64,000 bases of DNA from an uncultured Nitrososphaerales archaeon (GTDB lineage: Archaea > Thermoproteota > Nitrososphaeria > Nitrososphaerales > Nitrososphaeraceae). Both the position numbers and the translations under genes were made by a program. The stretch is taken from positions 1 through 64,000 of the forward strand of contig CAVPXM010000006.1 in assembly GCA_963709405.1 (NCBI GenBank), given 5' to 3'. Numbering within the stretch: the stretch's first letter is position 1; every line of letters begins with the position of its first letter. Of this stretch, positions 1-10,800 are shown piece by piece. The notes below the pieces were generated by a model that was given only the letters and a program-made list of their open reading frames with translations, was not told where the DNA came from and searched no databases.

Positions 1-471
1 CAACATCTATGCTGTTATCTTCTATAGGTATTCTTGTTTCTATGTCTCCTTTTCTAAACTCTACATTCACATAACCATTTTCTTTCGCATTGTTCCTTGC
101 TTTTTCTAACATTTCGTCTGTCATATCAATACCAATTATTCTACCGAATTTACCAACTTTCTTAGCTGCCAGAAAAGCATCTATGCCAGCCCCAGAACCT
201 AGATTGACTAAACGATGAGATTACCTTCTTTAATATGTGCAAACTTTGTTGCAGCGCCACATCCAACTCCAAGGATCGAAGACTGTGGAATTGACTCTAG
301 TTCATTTGCATCGTATCCAATTACTTTTGCAGATTCTATAGGTGAAGTGAATGTATTGTCATTATTTACTTGACAACATTCTCCAGGCATACAACAAGAA
401 TCAACATTACCTAATAATGCTATCTTTCCATATCTTTCTTTGATTTTTTCTTTAATATCTTGTTTATACAT
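1..471 (-). pseudogene. arsM: Arsenite S-adenosylmethionine methyltransferase (ArsM-like), frameshifted near 210 and running off the window start
   Basis: ORF 208..471 has the ArsM N-terminus (IKERYGKIA, CC..CC, LGVGCG). A shifted frame continues [38 protein letters not shown] (SAM-binding motif I). Confidence 0.85.
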
Positions 472-1400
472 GATTAGTAATATAGTTTACAGGAGAAACT
501 ATTTAAGTTGTCAAGAGAAGTTTAGTAAAGTAAGTGTAGTTATGGAAACAAAAGGGAACAGAAAAAGGAGAAGAGCAAGATCAGTAAAAGCAAGGACAAA
601 ATTACCACTTGTTCAAGATATTCAAAATTGTTCATAATAGTCAAGTTTGTGTGTTATGGGATAATTATTATATTTATTCAATTAAGTTTTACATGTTGTA
701 ATTTCCATCTCAAATTAGTCGGCATTGAAAACGGTATCTTTGTCTCATGCTGCCAGAATTCCGAGAAATGAAATGAGCCTTCGATTTTGATATTTAGCTA
801 CATTTACCTAGGATCATTTAACCAGCTCTACCTAGTATTCGTTATCTCATTTTATATCATCTGGAAGAGGTCTAGACTTGTTTAAATTTCTCATAAGTTG
901 ATGCTTTGTATTCTGTCATCCATCATCCATACATTTGAATAATGCACTTATGTCTGTCTTCCATACCTTTCTCCACTAATTTTGTTTATGTCCTTGAGTT
1001 TGAATTATAGCGATAATGCATAATGCATCGCATGATCCCCACTATGTTTCCATCTTTGTCTTGCGTGTGCGGTAAGGACGAAAACACCAGTCCTAGCCGA
1101 TTCCTGAAATTCAATATCTACTTCGTCTAGAATGCCATTTTCTTGTCTAGAACACAGCATCTCATTTCAATATTTATTCTGAAATCATTCCATGATTTGA
1201 CTTGGCTAGATCTTATTGCAAAGTCGGGTTGACTTCTTATTGTTTTATTTTTGCGATTTGAACCTCTGACTCAATTACTATTTGGAAACAGATTTTGACA
1301 TCATTAGTAAGAGTACTTCAAAAGCAACTTTCTACAATCAGTACATCTAATTTTTGACGATCATGCAACGCCTCGGGGGGTCTCAGTTAACTTATCAATT

Positions 1401-2695
1401 CTAGTTGTTTATACTACGCATATCTAGACCTGCATTCATTATAGGAATCATCATGACATTATGAATAGTGTTTATGATCTCTTTTCTCAGAATCTCTGTA
1501 TATGACGCTTTATTTGATAAATTACTATGACATCTCTCTGCAACCTTTAGGATATCATGTTCATCTAAACCTAGTTTTAAAAGTCCAATGATGACTGGTT
1601 CTATCATGGGCTGAACTTTCAGTCTCTGTAATCCCTTTTCTCGTTCGTCATTGAGTTTCTGAATTTCTATTTTGAGATTTTTAATCTGGGGTTCAAATCC
1701 TAATATAGTATTATACTGCATTTCTATGTCTTGAGTGAATTTTTCTACTGCAAACCAAGGGTTTATACCATTTGAGCTTGCAATATCTATAATCTTATGA
1801 AGCAAATTTCGCGGACTGGCTTGAACCAAATCCCATATCCGCAAGTTCATTGTACACACGTAGATTTTCTGAGTGATAATAGATTTTATCCTGCAACAAA
1901 GACTCTTGCTGACTAAGTTCGTCGCAACACCTTCATCTAGTTCTTTTGTAGTATCTCTAATGCTTGTTTTTTGCGAGCTAAATAGTGGATATCATTAAAT
2001 TCTGCAATTACATGCTTGGGATCATATCCATATTCTGCAATGCAATTAACAGTGTTGGCAAATTTGGTAAGGTCTTTATCAATAGATATTTTATGTTTAT
2101 CCAATACTTGCTTTGCATTAGAATATGACTTGATCTCTAAATCTGCCATTTTCTTTTTGCTCAAAGCTAAATCCCGAGCATTTTCGATTTCTGACTTTTC
2201 ATTTTTGAGAGTCGAAATCTCATGCTTTAAATCTTCACGTACTTTATCCAATTCCTTATTTTCGGCGACCTTTTCGTCTATATACTCATCAATTTTAGAT
2301 AGTGGAATGCGGTGTTCTTCTGAAACCTTGACAAGTTCTTTTATAGACGTAGCGAATCTACTTGGTGTAACTTCAAATTCCTTACATTTTTTGTATGTTT
2401 CTCCGATAAATTGTGTGGTCCGCTCTGCATCTATATTCTGCTCGTTTAGCATATTCATAGTTCTAAAACCAATCGCACATTGAGTTGGAGTAAGACCAGC
2501 ATTACTCAATGATTTTGCTAACTCCCGGAATGCATCCGCCTCAGGTTTTCCAAGAGCTGTACTCCATTCGTTAATTATATCACTTACTGCTCCTGTGCTG
2601 ATGTTATTGTCCTCTGCTATTTTATCCCTCCAATGGCCTTCAAGCCACTGACTTACGACTTTCGATTTTATTGTTTCAGGAATAGCTGCTGGCAT
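1401..2695 (-). pseudogene. HTH plus long coiled-coil hypothetical protein split into pieces
   Basis: ORF 1937..2695 starts with an HTH-like RDKIAEDNNISTGAVSDII followed by heptad-rich sequence. The gap to ORF 1401..1859 still reads as coding in another frame (ELSQQESLLQDKIYYHSENLRVYNEL). Confidence 0.6.
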
Positions 2696-2755
2696 TCTTA
2701 TTATCTACTACATAAGAAAATACACTAGCAATATATAAGCTACTTTCATTTCGAC

Positions 2756-2819
2756 CCGTCAGATAAGCAATCAAATAGGTCAAATACCACGTCAAATAGC
2801 CACGTCAGATACGTCAAAT
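2756..2819. repeat. Cluster of about six short direct repeats, consensus (CAC)GTCA(A/G)ATA
   Basis: ccgtcagata, atcaaata, ggtcaaata, ccacgtcaaata, ccacgtcagata and cgtcaaat lie within about 65 bp, upstream of the 2695 start. Confidence 0.6.
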
Positions 2820-3616
2820 GGTGCAGAACTTGAGAATACATATTGCCTCAGATATAAGTTGCCCCTAAGTTATTTGCAGACACGAGCTTACCTTAAGACG
2901 ACAACACAGGTAGGTTGAAGATCCAAACATCTGAGAGGTACTAAAAACAATATGTTAGCGATATCAGTACAAAGTTAATAGACATACAAATTATACCCAG
3001 TATGTCGTCGAGATTGGAAGCGATTTGATAGTAACACCGGCCTTATTTATGTGCTATTTACTTTTGTCATTACAGAGGCTTTCAAATTCATCATCAATAC
3101 TCCAAGATTAGTCAGGTTATGCATGTTTGGCTTGTTCGTGATTTGGCTACAAGTGCTTTCACTACATTTGATTATACCACGGCATGATCCTATCCAAACC
3201 AAGATAGCACTTCATTTCATTAGATTTTATTGGAAAATATGTTCGTTGAGTGCTACCTAGAAAATGCCTAACATTGTGCGTAAACACATAGACTAGTTTT
3301 TAACAGCGGTTGCTTGTGATTGTGTTAGATCAAGAAATTATGCCTGTAAAGTAGTCTATATTATTAGCCATCAACTAATTAATCCTGGGATAGAAATGGC
3401 CTTGTGTCTGACATACTATTCATATATTGTTGCAGTCTATATAATTTCTTGTTTATATTGCTGGATTAGCACCATATCCATTCGATAATTAACTGTTTCG
3501 TATTCCTAACATAGGTGACATTATAGCTTACCGACATGATAATTTTGTCTTTGCAAATAAAATTCATGACCTTGTATATTATGAATAATGCAATAATCTT
3601 TCCGTCTTAATAACTG

Positions 3617-4018
3617 TTAGATTAAAGTTCGAAACATTGCTATTCTACTAATAGTGCCCCAAATATTTACCATTATTTTGGAATTTAGATGGAGGAAAGT
3701 ATTATCGCTAAATTCATAGAATTTGTATGGAATTTGGGAGACAATTTTATCAGTATCTTTCTCTTTTACAATTAACTGAGAGAATACATTATTGACATTC
3801 GCGTTATTTTTATCAAGAACACTAAAATTGAGAGTTGAATTTTCATCGACGGAGGGAATAGAGGGAATTAGTTGAAAAACTACTTTATAGTTATCAATGG
3901 TTTTATTTGAACCAACGAAATGAGCGTATGCAAGGTCATCGGGCTTGATGTAGTTATAACCAATGTAACTTGCGAAATTAGTGCACGCGGTCGCCCAAAA
4001 CAATAACGACAACAACAA
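3617..4018 (-). CDS. Secreted hypothetical protein, probably truncated
   Basis: Hydrophobic N-terminus, AYAHF signal-cleavage-like motif and a beta-rich body; the C-terminus looks out of frame. Confidence 0.45.
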   Translation of the reverse strand: MLLSLLFWATACTNFASYIGYNYIKPDDLAYAHFVGSNKTIDNYKVVFQLIPSIPSVDENSTLNFSVLDKNNANVNNVFSQLIVKEKDTDKIVSQIPYKFYEFSDNTFLHLNSKIMVNIWGTISRIAMFRTLI

Positions 4019-4226
4019 TAATAATTCTGCCTTTAGTTATCTCTCTATAGACTGATTCCAAGCCTGAGTATGTTAATAAATGGGTGTATGTATATTAACT
4101 TACTTCCACTGCTCAGTGTTTAACTAATTGAATAATCGTATGCATATTTAGTAGCTTATCTTCATTTACAATCTTAACTATACAAAGAAAAGAAAGGTAT
4201 CACTTAGATATTCACAATATTTTAGC

Positions 4227-4331
4227 CTGATAGTTGTGCTATTGCATCATCCTTTACTTTATCACGTTGTCTTAGTGACTGATTTTATTCTTCTAATTCT
4301 TCCACTTTTGTTTATAAATCCGCGCCTTGTC
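4227..4331 (-). pseudogene. Tail fragment of a tyrosine-recombinase-like gene
   Basis: Minus strand reads RQGADL*TKVEELEE*NQSLRQRDKVKDDAIAQLS, nearly identical to the C-terminal region of the remnant at 58690..59093. Confidence 0.75.
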
Positions 4332-4514
4332 CAGATAGCCACACATTGGACACATATGACACATAATAGTAAAATATACTAGAATATTCTCTGCTTCAAT
4401 CTGTGACTTCCATGTCGGCTTACTGGTGTAGGTGATTGCTTCTCCTATGTAAGGGCAAGCACTGCATTCATACTGTAAAGCACATATCATTGCATGTACT
4501 GCACCAACTCCAAC

Positions 4515-4601
4515 TATCTTTCCTGATATGTTAATTGGTCGAATATCTTTCCTGATATGTTAATTGGTCGAATATCTTTCCTGATATGTTAATTGGTCGA
4601 A
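4515..4601. repeat. Perfect tandem repeat, 3 x 29 bp (TATCTTTCCTGATATGTTAATTGGTCGAA)
   Basis: Three identical head-to-tail units with no spacers. Confidence 0.95.
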
Positions 4602-4842
4602 TAGAGGAGGGGAGACTTTTAGTAATTCAAAGAGAGAAAGTTTGAGTCAGACATCGAATTTGACCTTGACCGTATTACCTCAATATACAATAAACGAACG
4701 CCTCAGCAATTTTGTCAGTAGTTGGATAACACCAATAAGCGGACTGTGGACATTCTTAGCAGGAGTCGGCGCAGTCGTTACTCCTTGGGTTATAGCTATG
4801 TATCGTAAGAAACAAAAAAATAAAAAAGAAGAGAGTGATTAA
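4600..4842 (+). pseudogene. C-terminal fragment of a membrane-anchored protein
   Basis: Frame NRGGETFSNSKRESLSQTSNLTLTVLP... ends in a TM helix and basic tail; the 5' part is missing and abuts the 29-bp repeat. Confidence 0.55.
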
Positions 4843-5297
4843 AACAGATGAATTATGAAATGAAATCAAGTGAATATTCCCTAACTGGTTACAGACCGAC
4901 TTTTATAATGTTATAAACAGGAAAACTAAGCTATAAAATTACCAGATTTGTTTGATACTCAAAAGCTAGAAATAGTAAAGTCATGCAAGTGAGAGCTAAG
5001 AACTTATGCTAATTGGTATATCTGTGTATATACAAAACAACTAGCCAATAGGATTTCTATCCTTGAACAGTTACAATTTCTTTCTCGTGACAACTTTATC
5101 TTAAACTATTATCTATTGCCAAATATTATTCTTATTTTAAATTGGACAAACCTTTTGAAATCAATTTTCTTTGATCAACTCATGCTTTCAAAGCAGGACT
5201 ACTCTCTACCAGTCTTTGCAGGTCAATACGTCCATATAGATCATTTGAAGAAAAAACCAAAAAATGCGATCATCGCTCGAATATATATTATTTCAAA

Positions 5298-5586
5298 TCA
5301 TACAGAAATTTCCGGATATAAACTTGTTGTATCTTCGTAAATAGGATCAAATTGATTAATAGTATTGTTGCTATTATTTAGTATTAGTGGGAGCGTTTCA
5401 TATAGCTGCAAAAATAGATTTTGTAAGAGCATGAATTTCCTTGTGAGCTGCAATCTGGACAAATGGTTGATTATCATATTTTCTAACAACTTCCCATAAA
5501 TCTCTACGTTGTTCATTTAGTTCCATAATTCTCTGTCTATATTCATCAATGTAATCATCTTTGCCTACTGAAGGATTTTCAGCCAA
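5298..5586 (-). pseudogene. Helical hypothetical protein, frameshifted
   Basis: Overlapping ORFs 5398..5586 and 5298..5516 appear to be one gene with a frame change. Confidence 0.35.
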
Positions 5587-5648
5587 TCCTCTTCTTTTTC
5601 GATGTTTGTACCATATGACTTAATTAGTCCAAATCTAATACCCAAGCA

Positions 5649-6066
5649 GTGCAATCAAGTAGGGCACCTGTCAGAAGATTTGCAGATAGTAAGCCCAAGC
5701 TGCTTGGATGGATATCCGTTATAGTCATAGGAATTTTAGCCGTGCCTGTAATCCTACCTCATGTACACCACGTTAACATGATATATCATATCCTACTCCA
5801 CCTAGCAAGTCTAATTATTTCAATTTTTCTTGTACTTCGTGTCTATTATAGCCTACAAAAGAAATCATTCTAGCAGACTATTATTCATGGCATTAGGATT
5901 TTTATCACTTGTTATAATTGAATGTCTGTACCTTGTATTTGCAACGACAAATATTGAGGATATAATAATACCAGTTGTAAGAATTGAATTACCTCATGTA
6001 ATATTGTTTGTGATGTTAACCTTATTTGGAATTGGAGTTTTTAGAGTGAGTAACAAGAATTTATGA
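5649..6066 (+). pseudogene. Small multi-pass membrane protein with His-rich loop, frameshifted near 5830
   Basis: ORFs 5649..5873 and 5830..6066 join into about 4 TM helices (LPHVHHVNMIYHILLHLAS); the shift is at a T-run. Confidence 0.6.
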
Positions 6067-6680
6067 ATGTAGAGATCAAACCATTAGAAGGGGATACCTT
6101 GACTAGTGGCAGTACCAATACCGTCAGAACATCTAAGCAATCCAAACGAATTACTGGTGATTCACTTTTAAATTACATTAACATAAATCCTGGTATAAGA
6201 TATCGAGAGCTTCTGTGACTTTCCGGATTTGGTAATGGCGTATTAACATATCATCTTTTTATGTTGGAGAGGAAGGGCAAGATAAGAGTTCACAGGATCA
6301 GAAATAAGATAACAAGATATTATCTTTCGCAAATTCCGGATAAAGATACAAAGATGTTAAGTTCTTTAAAAAATAAGATGACAAGACAATTGGTAATGTA
6401 TATTCTAACTCACGATATGTGTTCATTTAGCAGCATAGTTGAGTGCAGTGGAAAGGCGCCGTCTACTATCTCTTGGCATCTTAATAGACTGAGGGACACA
6501 GGTATTATATCAGTTGAAACTTCGGAACGCTCACAGCTATATACTCTGGTCAATGGCAGGGAAGTCAAAAAGATATTACGCAGCTATAAGCAAGCGTTCA
6601 TGGATAAATCTGTGGATAACTACGTAGAAATGATGAATCAACTATCGTTTCATGTCCTAAGGATTCATCTTTTGAGTTAG
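6063..6680 (+). pseudogene. Double winged-helix (ArsR-like) transcriptional regulator with an in-frame TGA at 6216..6218
   Basis: ATG 6063 is in frame with ORF 6261..6680; motifs INPGIRYRELL*LSGFGNGVLTYHL and KAPSTISWHLNRL. Confidence 0.75.
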
Positions 6681-6829
6681 CATATGGTTGTCTTTCTGAA
6701 TGTAAGGTCAAATAATATAATAATAAAACACAAATCCACGAATCTACTAAGATATAGTAAATACAATTCTTTGGTACATTCGTCGAATAAACTAAAAAGT
6801 TATTATATTATCAATTCAATGCCACAACA

Positions 6830-7435
6830 ATGCAAAAAAGTAATACAAACTACGGAATTATATCAGGAATATTCATCGCAACTATATTGTCAATTGGTGT
6901 AATGACGACTGGTATTACGAAGGTCTTGGCTCAAACAAATCCTTTGAATCCTTCACAAGGAAGCAACCCGACCTCAATGTCAGGTATGAATATGACAAGT
7001 ACAGCAGGCGGTGGTACAAATAAAACTACTGTGACAAGAGACACTATTACATTGCTTTTAGAAGGAAAATCGATCCCAGGAAAGGGTTTCTTACATCTTT
7101 ATGACTCAACACCATATTTGATAATGAATGGACATATAGCATTACATGTACCATGTGATTCAAATTCAAAACCCATAGTAAATACACTTATTGGATCAGC
7201 TCCTGACGTTAAGCCTGTAGAACAAGAGCTTATAAAGGAATTATCACAACCTGGAAATATGTGCTTATATCATGTAGATGTTGGCTCGGACATGGCAAAG
7301 AAAATTATTCAGACAGATATTGCAATCCAGAACCCATCTAATCAAACAATAACATTCCCTCCAAGGAGCGGAATAACAATTGGTGTCAATGAAATCATGC
7401 CTGGTACTGAGGTTGCTGGCCGAGTAACGAACTGA
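6830..7435 (+). CDS. Secreted conserved hypothetical protein with His/Cys motifs
   Basis: Signal peptide, Met/Ser-rich linker, then FLHLYDSTPYLIMNGHIALHVPCD and MCLYHVD. Confidence 0.7.
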   Translation: MQKSNTNYGIISGIFIATILSIGVMTTGITKVLAQTNPLNPSQGSNPTSMSGMNMTSTAGGGTNKTTVTRDTITLLLEGKSIPGKGFLHLYDSTPYLIMNGHIALHVPCDSNSKPIVNTLIGSAPDVKPVEQELIKELSQPGNMCLYHVDVGSDMAKKIIQTDIAIQNPSNQTITFPPRSGITIGVNEIMPGTEVAGRVTN

Positions 7436-8230
7436 TTATAAGAATGCATATGAGAAACATCTTTCAGTATCGCTAAAATATTCATTAATTTTTCTGCGTT
7501 GCAACGATAGTCCTACAGTATTCTTAGCTTTCAAAATATCTGTTGTATGTTAGAGTCACTACCATTGGTACAATCGTCGATTATACCATAATTGTAATAT
7601 AATATTTACAAAGGGATAACTAATAGGATCCACGGACAAAGGATATAATCACATTACAATACACCTAATCATCTAGTAACAGATTTAAGACCAAACGGTG
7701 ACAAATATTCAGACGTACATGTTTTCTACACTTGTACCTGTAGAATGTAGATACGTCTGCACGCCTTATCGTTTCGGTAAGATCATCACTAATATTATTC
7801 ATCAGTTTAACTAGTCCAATTGGAGGAAGAAACCAATTATAAGTAACATATCGCCTAGATACGTTTGGCTAGAATATAATTAATAACTTTTTTTAATATT
7901 ATCTTATAACATATTAATGATACTGAGAATTACTTTGTATAACCTGCCTAGATTGTGCAACGGATTATCTCATCGAAAATTGAACAATCCTTTTTGAAAT
8001 AATTTTCTATGATTAACTTGCGCCTTCAGAACAGGGCTGCTCTCAACCAGTCTCTGCAAATCAATTTCTGATAGACTTTTCTTGATATTCATCCTTCAAT
8101 CAGCTCATACCAGGAAGCAATGTTATTTAAACACAAATCAAGATAATCCTGCGAGGAACATTAAGCCACCGCTAATTCCTATCATCTGAAATATCAAATC
8201 ACTGACATCCATATGACAAATTCTGACAAG

Positions 8231-9313
8231 TCATCTACCACCTGCATCCTTTAAGGTAGACATATCGTTTCCTATCGCCTGAAGGTCTCTTCTAAAGAGG
8301 TTTAGAAATTCTGAGGCATATTTTTCCCAGCCAATTTCATCCGGATTTATTGTTGGCTTACCATCCTTTCTCTTGAAATATTTTATTAATTCACCTTTTC
8401 TTTTGTTTTGCTGCATTCCTATAGTTTTGGCTGCAATATCACCTATGTAATCTTCAGGGTTTTTTGATAACTTTGTAATATACAATAGGTCATCATAATT
8501 TTCTATTTTCTTATTTACAAGGTCTTGTATTGTTTTTAATATTATATCATCTACTATGTTTTCAATATTTGAAATGCCGTGGGTCAACAATTCTTTGATA
8601 AACTGTCTATATCTATTTTCAAATAATCTAGGGACATTATTCTTTGTTGCATAGGCACCTTTAATCAGATGACTATCTGGATTACTAAATTTTCCTTCTG
8701 TAGTTATTCCACAATATTCTTTTCTGTTTCCATTGAATAGAATCCTTTTGAATTTTTTGTCAAATTCTACATCAACCTTCAGTACGTCATAGCATGCCTT
8801 AATAAATAATTCAAGTATGCTTTCATCGCCTCCTTGCAAGAACAACGAATCTGTATCACCGTAAATTATTCTAAATCCAAATGATTCTGCTATTTCTTTC
8901 ATTTTATTTAATGTGAATCTTCCATGACCTGCAATAAGATTTGCTACTCTGTAATCACCATATTCAAAATATTCATTGCCAAAGACACCATAGCCAGAAT
9001 TGATTGGGATTTTTAGAGCATCTGCTTTTGATTTATCTTTTTTCTTTTTATAATATAACCTAATATCTCTGAATTCCTGCTGTAATTCTGAAAATGTACC
9101 GTTTGTATGCCTGCAGATCCAGTAGTCCCTTGGTTGTTCTATTTTCTGTTCTTTTAGTAGATCTTCATTTATCTCTTGTAACACTTCTTGCTTTACTCTT
9201 GCCTCTGGATCGTTTCTACAACATTCACGGTTTACAGTCTCTGCACTAATGTTGTAATTAATGGCCATAGTAGGATACAAACTAGCCACATCAACAACGT
9301 AAATATTTTCATA
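8231..9313 (-). pseudogene. polB: Family B DNA polymerase, polymerase domain only (5' truncated by IS1595)
   Basis: Motif A DVASLYPT, motif B KIPINSGYG and motif C YGDTDS are present. The frame continues to the IS boundary and no exonuclease domain remains. Confidence 0.9.
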
Positions 9314-10242
9314 GGTAATACCTAAGAGTTTGGAACAGATTCTACCATCATCTTTGTCAGTATTCTGAAGATATTTTCGTTCCTATGATTGAATCTGAAC
9401 TCTATTTCCTTTAAATAAAGTTCAAAGTATGATTTCGGTACACCTCGGTAGTGATATAGCCATGTCTTGGCATAGCTCCAGAATCCTTCGATACCATTGA
9501 TATGAGTTGCATCATCTCTAACATATTCTTCCTTTCCATGAAGTATTATCTGATGTTTACCTATCAAATTCAATGTAGCATATGCAGTATGATCATCCGT
9601 ATAATACAAGGAACCTTTCTTTGTATGTTGTTTTATCAAGGGAATCAGTGTATCATGTTTTCTGTCGGATACAGGGAATGTGATGACCTTGCCATTTCTC
9701 TGGTATATTCCAAATACTAGGTTTTTACCTTCAGATCCCCATCCACGTTTTCCTTTCCTATGTCCACCAAATAATGCTTCGTCTATTTCTAATTCTCCAG
9801 ACAACTTCTTTAACTCTTTTAGTTTCAGCAACGACTCATTGTAGATTGATTGTCTGAATACTCTGAATGTCTTCTCTATCGTAGTCAAACTAAGTGGTAC
9901 ATAAAACCTGATCCTGTATGCAGGTACTCCTAGAGCGAATAGGTACGTAAGATGTACTAGTTTATCAAGCGAAAAGTTGAATTCTCCGATATACGTTCCT
10001 GTAAACTCTCCAAACTTGTATTTACAACGTCTGCATCCAAATCTCTTATCTTTAAGATGATACAACAATCGGTATCCACATCTTGGACATTGTCTCCTTC
10101 CCTTCCATCTAGCATGACGAAAGTACGCAGCACTTTTTGTCACGCTTCCAGCGAGTTCTATTGGGCTGTATTCACGCACGCAGCACGAATGTACCAGTCA
10201 AAAATATTCTTTATTTCTTGTTCCAAATGTTTGGGTATTACC
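9314..10242 (-). mobile_element. IS1595-family insertion sequence
   Basis: Imperfect TIRs GGTAATACCTAAGAGTTTGGAACA (9314) and the reverse complement GGTAATACCCAAACATTTGGAACA (ending 10242) flank an intact transposase; the flanks do not match as a TSD. Confidence 0.9.
9322..10179 (-). CDS. IS1595-family transposase
   Basis: Zn ribbon CPRC..CRRC, EIDE, KRGWG, YTDD, HINGIEGFWSYAK and YLKEIEFRFN motifs. Confidence 0.93.
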   Translation of the reverse strand: MREYSPIELAGSVTKSAAYFRHARWKGRRQCPRCGYRLLYHLKDKRFGCRRCKYKFGEFTGTYIGEFNFSLDKLVHLTYLFALGVPAYRIRFYVPLSLTTIEKTFRVFRQSIYNESLLKLKELKKLSGELEIDEALFGGHRKGKRGWGSEGKNLVFGIYQRNGKVITFPVSDRKHDTLIPLIKQHTKKGSLYYTDDHTAYATLNLIGKHQIILHGKEEYVRDDATHINGIEGFWSYAKTWLYHYRGVPKSYFELYLKEIEFRFNHRNENIFRILTKMMVESVPNS

Positions 10243-10658
10243 TATTTTATTACTTTTCTGCAGAGATAATAGGTGCATTACTTGCAAGTCTTTTTGTAAA
10301 ATTTGTAATAGGTAGTGAGGCCAACCTAGGAGCAAATGCTCCAAATTATGCATTTCCCATACCAATAATAATTGGTGTCGAAATTGCGGCTTCTGCAATG
10401 CTAATGGCGGTTATCTTTGTAGTTGTCTATACTAGAGGATTAAGAGGATTTAGTGGTATTGCTATAGGTGGTATGGTTGGATTGAATATATTCTTTTTAG
10501 CATTTATATCTGGCGCTTCAATGAATCCTGCTCGCTCCCTTGCTCCAGCACTTGTCTCTGGAGTTTTGAACAATTTATGGCTTTATTGGTCGGCTACATT
10601 TATAGGCACATCAGTAATTGCCTTTATGTTCAGAAGGGTGTTTATATCAAAGTCATAA
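10243..10658 (+). pseudogene. Aquaporin/MIP channel, C-terminal half only
   Basis: Second NPA box GASMNPARSLAPA and WLYW are present; the first NPA half is missing at the IS edge. Confidence 0.85.
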
Positions 10659-10800
10659 TTCAGTTGTAGTTGTTTACTTTCTACATAGACCATATGTGCC
10701 GCATAGAGATCACATCATGTTACTAATTCATTTCCAACAATCATCTGTCAAAACTTTTAGCATCCTAATATTGAATCAAATGTTTCATACGATATTTGAG

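Noticed and set aside
2016-2483. Long antisense ORFs (also 11021, 14261, 18304, 37864, 63298)
   Set aside because: They are shadows of genes with clear motifs or better coding character on the opposite strand.
4515-4601. Possible CRISPR array
   Set aside because: The units are directly adjacent with no spacers, and no cas genes are visible in the window.
6216-6218. TGA recoding as a genome-wide alternative genetic code
   Set aside because: Many intact genes here end in TGA, and this site fits simple CGA>TGA decay.
8231-9313. Casposon
   Set aside because: No Cas1-like ORF or enclosing TIRs seen; PolB alone is insufficient.
10137-10242. N-terminus of the 173-aa ORF as part of the aquaporin
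   Set aside because: It is read from IS1595 terminal sequence.
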